Below, in pieces: positions 5,595 to 14,018 of a DNA stretch of 14,018 nt. The DNA lies in NCBI GenBank assembly GCA_038521775.1, contig JBCBKN010000082.1, positions 1 to 14,018 on the forward strand, read 5' to 3'. The notes beneath the pieces are model-generated. The model had not been told where the DNA came from, made no database searches, and saw nothing but the letters and a program-made list of their open reading frames with translations. The translations under genes and the position numbers were made by a program. The stretch comes from Pseudomonadota bacterium. Lineage in GTDB: Bacteria; Pseudomonadota; Alphaproteobacteria; Rhodobacterales; Rhodobacteraceae. The first letter of the stretch is position 1, and each line of letters begins with the position of its first letter.

Positions 5595-5894
5595 TTAATC
5601 ATCGCCGCCGTCACTGTCACTGTCACTGTCGGAGTCGCGATCGTCCCGGTCATCCCTGTCGTCGCGATCATCCTTGTCGTCCCTGTCGTCGCGATCATCG
5701 CGGTCGTCCCGATCATCGCGGTCATCCCGATCGTCGCGGTCCAGCAGCCCGACGGTGTTTTTGGCAGCGGTGTCGAGCGTGTGACCGATCCGGCTGAAAA
5801 GGCCCGCAATGCCGGTCTCATCCGACGCGGCCGGGGTTGCGAGCGGGGCGAGCAGCACGGCCAGGGCCAGGGCTGGGAGTTTGAGCTGGGTCAT
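5595..5894 (-). CDS. Small secreted protein (99 aa) with about 11 tandem DRDD tetrapeptide repeats and a C-terminal DSDSDSDSDGGDD
   Basis: Signal peptide MTQLKLPALALAVLLAPLATPAAS, a 30 aa unique segment, then (DRDD)n with one DKDD variant. The AGGACAAGGACG RBS region lies upstream of the ATG at 5892-5894. The underlying DNA is a 12-nt-unit tandem repeat plus (gtcact)3. Confidence 0.7.
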   Translation of the reverse strand: MTQLKLPALALAVLLAPLATPAASDETGIAGLFSRIGHTLDTAAKNTVGLLDRDDRDDRDDRDDRDDRDDRDDKDDRDDRDDRDDRDSDSDSDSDGGDD

Positions 5895-5958
5895 CTGTGG
5901 CGTCCTTGTCCTGTTCGACCGACGGCGGGATGCCGTGGCCGGTCCGACAAAACGCGGT

Positions 5959-5986
5959 CCGGCATGGCATGCGCCATTGGCCGGCA
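5959..5986. promoter_or_regulatory. Near-perfect palindrome CCGGCATGGC-ATGC-GCCAT(TG)GCCGG plus adjacent direct repeat CGGTCCG-N9-CGGTCCG, 45-90 bp upstream of the DRDD-repeat gene; candidate operator
   Basis: Inverted repeat seen directly. The sequence from 5939 is ccggtccgacaaaacgcggtccgg. Its position fits a regulator-binding site in the module's promoter region. Confidence 0.25.
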
Positions 5987-6040
5987 GTTTGGGGCGCGGC
6001 TTCTAAACCCTTGTGAGCATACAATAAACCGGGGTTTAGC

Positions 6041-7261
6041 CTAAAGATCCTCGTTCAGGGCCTCGGCCACGGTGAAGATGTCCTTGTCGCCGCGCCCGCA
6101 CATATTCATGACCAGCAGATGGTCGGCGGGCAGATCGGGCGCGATCTTGGCGACATGGGCCAGCGCGTGCGAGGGTTCGAGCGCCGGGATGATCCCCTCG
6201 GTCCGGCAGCTCAGCTGGAAGGCCGCCAGCGCCTCCAGATCGGTGACCGAGACATATTCGACCCGGCCGGTGTCGTGCAGCCAGGCATGCTCGGGCCCGA
6301 TGCCGGGATAGTCGAGCCCGGCCGAGATCGAATGCCCCTCCAGGATCTGGCCGTCCCCGTCCTGCAAAAGATAGGTGCGGTTGCCATGCAGAACGCCGGG
6401 GCGGCCGCCGGTCAGGCTGGCGCAATGCTCCATCCGGTCATCGACGCCATGCCCCCCCGCCTCGACCCCGATGATGCGCACCGCGCTGTCGTCGAGGAAG
6501 GGGTGAAACAGCCCCATCGCGTTCGACCCGCCGCCGATACAGGCGACCAGGCTGTCGGGCAGGCGGCCTTCGCGCTCGGCCATCTGGGCCTTGGTCTCGC
6601 GCCCGATCACCGATTGAAAATCGCGCACCATCGCCGGGTAGGGATGCGGGCCGGCCACCGTGCCGATGCAGTAGAACGTGTCGCGCACATTGGTCACCCA
6701 GTCGCGCAGCGCCTCGTTCATCGCATCCTTGAGCGTGCCGCGCCCGGCGGTCACCGGCACGACCGTCGCACCCAACAGCTTCATGCGAAAGACATTGGGC
6801 TTTTGCCGCTCAACATCGGTCGCGCCCATAAAGACCACGCAGTCCAGCCCGAAGCGCGCGCAGACCGTGGCCGTGGCAACCCCATGCTGGCCCGCGCCGG
6901 TTTCGGCAATGATCCGGGTCTTGCCCATGCGGCGCGCAAGCAGGATCTGGCCCAGCACATTGTTGATCTTATGCGCGCCGGTATGGTTGAGCTCATCGCG
7001 CTTGAGATAGATTTTCGCACCGCCGAATGCCTCGGTCAGCCGCTCGGCAAAGTAAAGCGGCGAGGGCCGGCCGACATAATGCGTCCAGAGATCCTGCATC
7101 TCGGCGGCAAAGGCCGAGTCGGTCCTGGCCTTTTCATACTCGGCCTCAAGGTCGAGGATCAGCGGCATCAGGGTTTCGGAGACAAAGCGCCCGCCGAACA
7201 TGCCGAAGCGGCCCTTTTCATCCGGCCCCGTCCGGTAGGAATTGATCCTGTCACTGGCCAT
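6041..7261 (-). CDS. trpB: Tryptophan synthase beta chain (406 aa)
   Basis: [33 protein letters not shown]...[11 protein letters not shown]...[16 protein letters not shown]...[11 protein letters not shown] is unmistakable TrpB with its PLP-binding motifs. ORF 6041..7588 trimmed to the ATG at 7259-7261, which has a GGGAGG RBS 6 nt upstream. Confidence 0.95.
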   Translation of the reverse strand: MASDRINSYRTGPDEKGRFGMFGGRFVSETLMPLILDLEAEYEKARTDSAFAAEMQDLWTHYVGRPSPLYFAERLTEAFGGAKIYLKRDELNHTGAHKINNVLGQILLARRMGKTRIIAETGAGQHGVATATVCARFGLDCVVFMGATDVERQKPNVFRMKLLGATVVPVTAGRGTLKDAMNEALRDWVTNVRDTFYCIGTVAGPHPYPAMVRDFQSVIGRETKAQMAEREGRLPDSLVACIGGGSNAMGLFHPFLDDSAVRIIGVEAGGHGVDDRMEHCASLTGGRPGVLHGNRTYLLQDGDGQILEGHSISAGLDYPGIGPEHAWLHDTGRVEYVSVTDLEALAAFQLSCRTEGIIPALEPSHALAHVAKIAPDLPADHLLVMNMCGRGDKDIFTVAEALNEDL

Positions 7262-7435
7262 ACCGCCCTCCCTTTTGCGCTGTTCTACCGCCCTGTCGGG
7301 GCATGGTCGAGAGGCTGGGCGCCGCAGCCGCGCGCAGACGGGCGCAGACGGGCGCCTGGCCGTGTTGGCGGGCACAGCGCGTGGCGCAAGCCTGCGCGAT
7401 GGTGCCTCGGTGCTTTGCGAAAGGGGCGAAAGGCG

Positions 7436-7585
7436 ATGCTGGTGGTTGCACTGATGCTGGGCGGTCCGATGCTGTTGACCGCCGCGCTGGCCTTTTGGGT
7501 GGAGATTTGCCGTCCGATCCGCAGGGCACGGCGCCGGGCTGGGTCCAAAACCCCGGCGGGTGCTCCTCGCCCCCGCAACGACTGA
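7436..7585 (+). CDS. Speculative small membrane protein (49 aa; one TM helix then an Arg-rich tail) on the plus strand inside the trpF-trpB spacer
   Basis: An ATG preceded by gaaaggggcgaaaggcg (AAAGG RBS at about -5). Peptide is [49 protein letters not shown], with GC3 about 78%. It is the only plus-strand candidate in the window and could equally be chance. Confidence 0.2.
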   Translation: MLVVALMLGGPMLLTAALAFWVEICRPIRRARRRAGSKTPAGAPRPRND

Positions 7586-7609
7586 CATCGCGCGTCGGGG
7601 TGGGGATGC

Positions 7610-8248
7610 TCAGGGCACCGCGGCAAGAAACGCCCGGATCGCTGCCTCGTCCTTTTGCCCGGGTGCGGTTTCCACACCCGTCGAGACATCGACCTGCCGC
7701 GCACCGGTGCGGCGCACGGCCTCCTCGACATTCTCCGGGGTCAGCCCGCCGGCCAGCATCCAGGGCTTGGTCCAGCGCCGCCCGGCGATCAGCCGCCAGT
7801 CAAAGGCAAGCCCGTTTCCGCCAGGTCGCGACGCGGTCTTTGGCGGTTTCGCGTCGATCAGGATCTGGTCGGCCACCGCCTCATAGGGGGCAATGCGCGC
7901 GACATCCTCGGCCTCGGCAATGCCGATCGCCTTCATCACCGGCAGGCCGGTCTGGGCGCGGGTGGCGGCGACCGTTTCGGGCGTCTCCCGCCCGTGAAGC
8001 TGGATGATGTCGAGCGGCACGCGGGCCAGCACGCCCTGCAACGCCTCGGGCGTGGGATCGACAAAAAGCCCCACCTTGGCGATGCCGGGGGGAACCGAAC
8101 AGGCCAGGGCGGCGGCGGCATCGATGTCAAGATTGCGCGGCGAGCGGGGGAAAAACACAAAACCCACATAGGCCGCGCCCGCCGCAATGGCGGTGGAGAG
8201 CGAGTGCGGATCGGTCAGACCGCAGACCTTGGTCCGGACGGTGTGCAT
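7610..8248 (-). CDS. trpF: N-(5'-phosphoribosyl)anthranilate isomerase (212 aa)
   Basis: MHTVRTKVCGLTDPHSLSTAIAAGAAYVGFVFFPRSPRNL...IQLHGRETPE...AGGLTPENVEEAV is typical TrpF. ORF 7610..8467 trimmed to the ATG at 8246-8248. Confidence 0.9.
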   Translation of the reverse strand: MHTVRTKVCGLTDPHSLSTAIAAGAAYVGFVFFPRSPRNLDIDAAAALACSVPPGIAKVGLFVDPTPEALQGVLARVPLDIIQLHGRETPETVAATRAQTGLPVMKAIGIAEAEDVARIAPYEAVADQILIDAKPPKTASRPGGNGLAFDWRLIAGRRWTKPWMLAGGLTPENVEEAVRRTGARQVDVSTGVETAPGQKDEAAIRAFLAAVP

Positions 8249-8331
8249 GAGGCTGCCTTTGCGCGTGGTCTGACCCGTTGAGGGGGCCGCGGCGAAATCC
8301 GCCGAGCCACCCGGCCCGGGATGACGCAGCG

Positions 8332-8670
8332 TCAGTTGAGAATGGCGAGCACGTCGTCCTTGGTCTCGCCGGTTTTGCGGCGCAGCGCCTCGATCTCGCG
8401 CTGTTGGCGCGCGATGGTGCGCCGCGCATCGGCCGCCTCGCGCCGTTGGCGCATCTCGCGCCCCCATTCCAGCACATAGCCCAGCGCCACGCCGAGTGCG
8501 AGCGTGGCCAGCAGCACCACAAAGATCGGCGCATCAAGGCTGCGCTGAAACACGAAGGCCAGCGCATCGGGCATCAGCTTGAGCGTCAGGGGCTCGCGAT
8601 TGGCCAGCGCCAACAGCACCACCACAAGAAGGATCAGCGCGAGGAGGGTGTAGCGGATGTAGCGCATCAT
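8332..8670 (-). CDS. lapA: LapA-family (DUF1049, YciS-like) inner-membrane protein (about 112 aa)
   Basis: MMRYIRYTLLALILLVVVLLALANREPLTLKLMP...FVVLLATLALGVALGYVLEWGREMRQRREAADARR shows two TM segments plus a basic coiled tail. The gene sits in the conserved position between ihfB and trpF. An AGAGGAA RBS precedes the ATGATG at 8665-8670. Confidence 0.8.
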   Translation of the reverse strand: MMRYIRYTLLALILLVVVLLALANREPLTLKLMPDALAFVFQRSLDAPIFVVLLATLALGVALGYVLEWGREMRQRREAADARRTIARQQREIEALRRKTGETKDDVLAILN

Positions 8671-8796
8671 AGGTTCCTCTACCGCGGGCGACACCACCCA
8701 CGCGTCACTCGCCGGCGGGTCGGCCGGCGCGCTGCTCTGCGGCCCTCTCCCATCGCCGCCGCCCCACGATCCTGCCCGTGGCGCGCGCTTCGGGAC

Positions 8797-9078
8797 CTAC
8801 TCCGCGTTCAACCGTTCGCGCAACTGTTTTCCGGTCTTGAAGAACGGCACCCGTTTTTCGTCGACCGACACAGCCTCGCCCGTGCGCGGATTGCGCCCGA
8901 CACGGGCATCGCGAACCTTGACCGAGAAGGCGCCGAAGCCGCGAAGTTCAACGCGCTCGCCACGCGCCAGGGCCCCGGTTATCTCGTCAAAGATCGTCGA
9001 AACGATCCGCTCCACATCCGAATGATAAAGATGCGGATTGCTCTCCGCAATCTTCTGGATCAACTCCGATTTGATCAT
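8797..9078 (-). CDS. ihfB: Integration host factor subunit beta (93 aa)
   Basis: [91 protein letters not shown] is canonical IHF-beta / HU family. Confidence 0.95.
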   Translation of the reverse strand: MIKSELIQKIAESNPHLYHSDVERIVSTIFDEITGALARGERVELRGFGAFSVKVRDARVGRNPRTGEAVSVDEKRVPFFKTGKQLRERLNAE

Positions 9079-9128
9079 TCCCTACCGTCCCGAATCTCGG
9101 CACGTCTATCATGGCCGATTATTCGGTC

Positions 9129-9156
9129 ACGATACACGCGACGGGACGGGCGTCAA
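9129..9156 (-). promoter_or_regulatory. Putative sigma70 promoter for ihfB (minus strand TTGACG-N16-TATCGT)
   Basis: Reverse complement of 9151-9156 is TTGACG and of 9129-9134 is TATCGT, with a 16 bp spacer. It lies about 50 nt upstream of the ihfB ATG. Confidence 0.3.
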
Positions 9157-9269
9157 CAAGCCGGACGGCCAATCCAGTTAAATTTCAATCTCTTGTGGGA
9201 GTGATGCACGTGTGCATGACAGGTGTCGCACGGCAAAGTGGCAAGGCCAAAGCCGGCTGTGCGGGAAAG

Positions 9270-9297
9270 CCGGGCCGCGTTATGTCGCGCGGCCCGG
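9270..9297 (-). terminator. GC-rich hairpin (10 bp stem ccgggccgcg/cgcggcccgg) 20-47 nt downstream of the rpsA stop; probable rpsA terminator with a short U-tract
   Basis: Stem-loop seen directly. On the minus strand it is followed by CUUUCCCGC (only 3 U) and preceded by UCUUUUUG. Confidence 0.4.
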
Positions 9298-9316
9298 GCC
9301 TGTGCACAAAAAGAGG

Positions 9317-11002
<1,686 letters not shown>

Positions 11003-11169
11003 ACAGTCGATCTCCGTTTGGTTCGTCTGTTCCGGCCGGCCGGTTGTCTCCGGCGGTCTGAAGTTGATCACGACGCCCGCAAGGGGGCACAAAACACGAC
11101 AGGGCCGGGGAAGGTCCCGACCCTGCTCCTGGCTCAATATGACCGGGGCGTTTCAGCCCTTCTCGTCGT

Positions 11170-11799
11170 TCAGCCCTGGTTCATCCGGTGTCTGGTTTCC
11201 GCCACCGCCTGGGCAACGGCCGCGTCTATAGACAATTCCGTGGTGTCGATCAAGACCGCATCAGGCGCCTGGATCATCGGCGCGGTCTGGCGTGCGGCAT
11301 CGCGGGCGTCGCGGCGGCGCAGATCGGCCAGCACATCGGCCTCGCTCACCTGCGGATCGGCCAGTTCGGCATGGCGCCTGCGCGCGCGCACCCGGTCCGA
11401 GGCGGTGACAAAGAACTTCACCTCCGCCTCGGGGCAGATCACCGTGCCGATGTCGCGCCCGTCAAGCACGGCCCCGCCCGCGCGCCGGGCAAAGCGCCGC
11501 TGAAAGGCCAAAAGCGCGGTGCGCACATCGGGAATGGCCGCGACCTGCGAGGCGGCCTCGGCCGCGCGGGCCGAGCGCAGGTCGGGCAGGGCCAGATCGG
11601 CCTCCTCCAGCCGTTCGGCGGCGCGAATTGCGGCGTCGGCCGCGACGGCCCCGTCCTGCCCTGCGCGCGCGCGTGCCCCGACCGCACGATAAAGAAGCCC
11701 CGTATCGAGATGCCCGAACCCGAATGCCTGGGCGAGGGCCCGCGCAATGGTGCCCTTGCCCGAGGCGGCCGGGCCGTCGATTGCTACCGTGAAGATCAT
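11170..11799 (-). CDS. cmk: (d)CMP kinase (about 209 aa)
   Basis: [40 protein letters not shown] shows a P-loop and Cmk-type N-terminus. The ATG at 11797-11799 has a GAGG RBS 8 nt upstream. The ORF-track start at 11820 is a TTG. Confidence 0.9.
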   Translation of the reverse strand: MIFTVAIDGPAASGKGTIARALAQAFGFGHLDTGLLYRAVGARARAGQDGAVAADAAIRAAERLEEADLALPDLRSARAAEAASQVAAIPDVRTALLAFQRRFARRAGGAVLDGRDIGTVICPEAEVKFFVTASDRVRARRRHAELADPQVSEADVLADLRRRDARDAARQTAPMIQAPDAVLIDTTELSIDAAVAQAVAETRHRMNQG

Positions 11800-11844
11800 C
11801 CGCGCGGCCTCATTGGCCAAACCCAGCAGCCCGCGCGCCTGCGG

Positions 11845-13200
11845 TCAACGGTTGTTGCGCTGCAATGAGGCGCCCAGGCTGCGCATCAGCGCTTCGAAAT
11901 CGGGAAAGCTGGTGGCAATCGGGCCGGCATCGTCAATCGTGACCGGGCGCCTGCTGGCCAGGCCCAGGCAGAGAAAGCTCATCGCGATGCGGTGGTCGAG
12001 ATGGGTGGCCACCCGCGCGCCCTCATCCAGCCCGGGCACGCCGCCGGGGCCCATGCCATGCACGGTCAGGCTGTCCTCGGTCTCCTCCACGGTCACGCCG
12101 CAAGCCGCCAGCCCCACCGCCATCGCCGCGATCCGGTCGCTTTCCTTGACCCGAAGCTCCTTCACGCCGCGCATCACCGTCGTGCCGTCGGCGCAGGCCG
12201 CCAGGGCCGCGAGGATCGGGAATTCATCGATCATCGAGGCGGCACGGTCGGGCGGGGTTTCGATGCCCGAAAGGGCCGAAAAGCGCACCCGGATGTCGGC
12301 CACAGGCTCGCCGCCCTCCTCGCGCCGGTTCTCATAGGCCAAATCCGCGCCCATCTCGCGCAGCGTGTCGTAAAGCCCGGTGCGCGTGGGGTTCATGCCG
12401 ATGGCCGGCACGACGATCTCCGATCCCTCGACAATCAGCGCCGCGCAGACCGGAAACGCCGCCGAGGAGGGATCGCGCGGCACCGACAGGCTCACCGGGT
12501 GCAGCTCAACCTCGCCGGTGACGGTGATGGCCCGGCCCTGGGGCGTCTCGTCCACCGAGACGGTGCCGCCAAAGCCGCGCAGCATCCGCTCGGTATGGTC
12601 GCGGGTCGGCGTAGCCTCCAGAATGATACTCTCGCCCGGGGCGTTCAGCGCAGCCAGCATCAGGGCCGATTTCACCTGGGCCGAGGCGACCGGCACGGCA
12701 TAGCGGATGGGGATGGGGTCGCCCGCACCGGTGACGGTCAGCGGCAGCCGGCCACCATGCCGGCCATGGGTCTCGGTCCCGAACCCGGCCAGTGGCTCGG
12801 TCACCCGCCCCATGGGGCGACGGCGCAGCGAGGCATCGCCGGTGAAGGTTGCAGAGATCGCCGTGGTGGCCATGGCCCCCATGATCAGCCGCGCCCCGGT
12901 GCCCGAATTGCCGCAATCGATGACATCCTCGGGCTCGGCAAACCCGCCGGTGCCCAGGCCATGCACCACCCAATCGGCGCCATCGCGGGCGACATCAGCG
13001 CCAAAGGCCCGCATTGCCCGGGCGGTGTCGAGCACGTCCTGGCCCTCCAGCAAGCCGGTGATCCGCGTTTCGCCCACGCTGAGCGCACCCAAAATCAACG
13101 CACGATGCGAGATCGACTTGTCGCCGGGCACCACCACGGTGCCGCGCAGAGCGGGGCTTTTTCGCGCGGTCAGGGGCTGGGCAGGACCGGAGGAAGACAT
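11845..13200 (-). CDS. aroA: 3-phosphoshikimate 1-carboxyvinyltransferase (EPSP synthase, 451 aa)
   Basis: [51 protein letters not shown]...GNSGTGARL... is the AroA signature. An AGGAG RBS lies 9 nt upstream of the ATG at 13198-13200. Confidence 0.95.
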   Translation of the reverse strand: MSSSGPAQPLTARKSPALRGTVVVPGDKSISHRALILGALSVGETRITGLLEGQDVLDTARAMRAFGADVARDGADWVVHGLGTGGFAEPEDVIDCGNSGTGARLIMGAMATTAISATFTGDASLRRRPMGRVTEPLAGFGTETHGRHGGRLPLTVTGAGDPIPIRYAVPVASAQVKSALMLAALNAPGESIILEATPTRDHTERMLRGFGGTVSVDETPQGRAITVTGEVELHPVSLSVPRDPSSAAFPVCAALIVEGSEIVVPAIGMNPTRTGLYDTLREMGADLAYENRREEGGEPVADIRVRFSALSGIETPPDRAASMIDEFPILAALAACADGTTVMRGVKELRVKESDRIAAMAVGLAACGVTVEETEDSLTVHGMGPGGVPGLDEGARVATHLDHRIAMSFLCLGLASRRPVTIDDAGPIATSFPDFEALMRSLGASLQRNNR

Positions 13201-13370
13201 TCGGGCAGGCTCCTGGCGAGGCGCCGGCGGGACCCCCCGGCACGCGTTCGGGCCGGCTATACCGAAGCCGGTTTGCGCCGTCCACCACCGGCACCCGGGC
13301 TGCGCGTTTTGAATGCCAATCCGGGTGGGGGCTGACCCGCCGACGCCGCCGCAAGGGCAGAGGCAGGGGC

Positions 13371-14018
13371 TCAGCGACGCTCCCAGATCAGGTAATGCGG
13401 CACACGCCCCTCGCGCAGGGCCTTGGCCTCATACCGGGTGGGGTGCCAGCCCGCCCAGGCGGCGTGCAGCGGGTGGTCAACCGGTGCAAATTCCGAACGC
13501 CCCGCCATATGCGCCCTGGCATGGGCGACATATTCCGGAATGTCGGTGGCCAGATGAAACCGAGCGCCCGGCGCCATCACCCGGGCGACGCGGTCCATGC
13601 CAGGCGGGTTGACGAAGCGCCGGCCGGCATGGCGGGTTTTCGGCCAGGGATCGGGATAGAGCAGAAAGACCCGGGCGAGGCTGGCCGGGGGCAGCACCTC
13701 CAACAGATCATGCACATCGCCGCCATGGATCCGGATGTTGCGGAGGCCTGCGCGTTCCAGATGCGACAGGCAGGAGGCAAGGCCGTTCAGGAAATGCTCG
13801 GCGCCGATAAGGCCGATCTCGGGATGGGCCGCGGCCTGGGCCAGCAGATGCTCGCCCGCCCCAAAGCCGATCTCCAACCAGACCGGGCGATCGCCGAAAA
13901 GCGCCCGCAGATCGACCGCGGCCCGTGCGGGGTCGCCCGGCGGTGCCGCCCCGGGCACCGCGATCTGCGGCAGAAACTCATCAAGCATCGCCTGCTGGCG
14001 GGCGCGCAGCGCCTTGCC
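13371..14018 (-). CDS. trmB: tRNA (guanine46-N7)-methyltransferase, 5'-partial (N-terminus runs off the window edge)
   Basis: Carries the DPWPK motif and [31 protein letters not shown]-binding region. The frame stays open upstream of the first listed Met ([15 protein letters not shown] matches the TrmB N-terminal RRKGKxLRxRQ motif), so the true start lies beyond 14018. Confidence 0.85.
   Translation of the reverse strand, partial: GKALRARQQAMLDEFLPQIAVPGAAPPGDPARAAVDLRALFGDRPVWLEIGFGAGEHLLAQAAAHPEIGLIGAEHFLNGLASCLSHLERAGLRNIRIHGGDVHDLLEVLPPASLARVFLLYPDPWPKTRHAGRRFVNPPGMDRVARVMAPGARFHLATDIPEYVAHARAHMAGRSEFAPVDHPLHAAWAGWHPTRYEAKALREGRVPHYLIWERR

Noticed and set aside
4985-5722. Short tandem repeats that superficially resemble a repeat array
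   Set aside because: They are not CRISPR: units are 6-12 nt with no spacers, and they lie in-frame inside two protein-coding tails.
6041-7588. N-terminal extensions in the ORF track. trpB gets +109 codons (6041..7588). trpF gets +73 (7610..8467). rpsA gets +45 (9317..11137). The DUF2158 ORF gets +55 (28..636). The sulfatase gets +62 (2908..4635).
   Set aside because: Homology begins at internal starts that have good Shine-Dalgarno sequences. The extensions are Arg-rich, lower-GC3 and stop-free only because of GC content.

Overview
High-GC (about 65-67%) alphaproteobacterial, probably Rhodobacterales-type, chromosomal segment. Every supported gene is on the minus strand. Coordinates were mapped by eye from the sequence and ORF track, so some boundaries may be off by a few bases. 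The right two thirds (6041-14018) is the conserved housekeeping block trmB(partial)-aroA-cmk-rpsA-ihfB-lapA-trpF-trpB. The left part (1-6040) is accessory-looking and is where conserved synteny breaks: no trpA follows trpB. It holds four tightly packed, partly overlapping genes: a small secreted protein with a (DRDD)n tail; a secreted PepSY-like protein with a long Asp/Ser/Thr tail ending in the same ...SDSDGGDD C-terminus; a two-TM membrane-anchored LuxR/GerE one-component regulator; and a signal-peptide-less Cys-type sulfatase. Next comes a tRNA-shaped gene whose anticodon arm is replaced by a GNRA-capped hairpin. Further left are a 390 bp structured non-coding spacer, an SPFH/band-7 protein with a large insertion, an orphan intrinsic terminator pointing to an unannotated minus-strand transcript (612-1094), and a DUF2158/YodC-like gene with an Arg/Gly/Asp-rich low-complexity tail. 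The six-frame track has many long plus-strand ORFs antisense to real genes; these are GC-skew shadow ORFs and are not called. The most interesting candidate for an undescribed system is the secreted acidic-repeat pair plus membrane LuxR plus cytoplasmic sulfatase module, together with the non-canonical tRNA-like element beside it.
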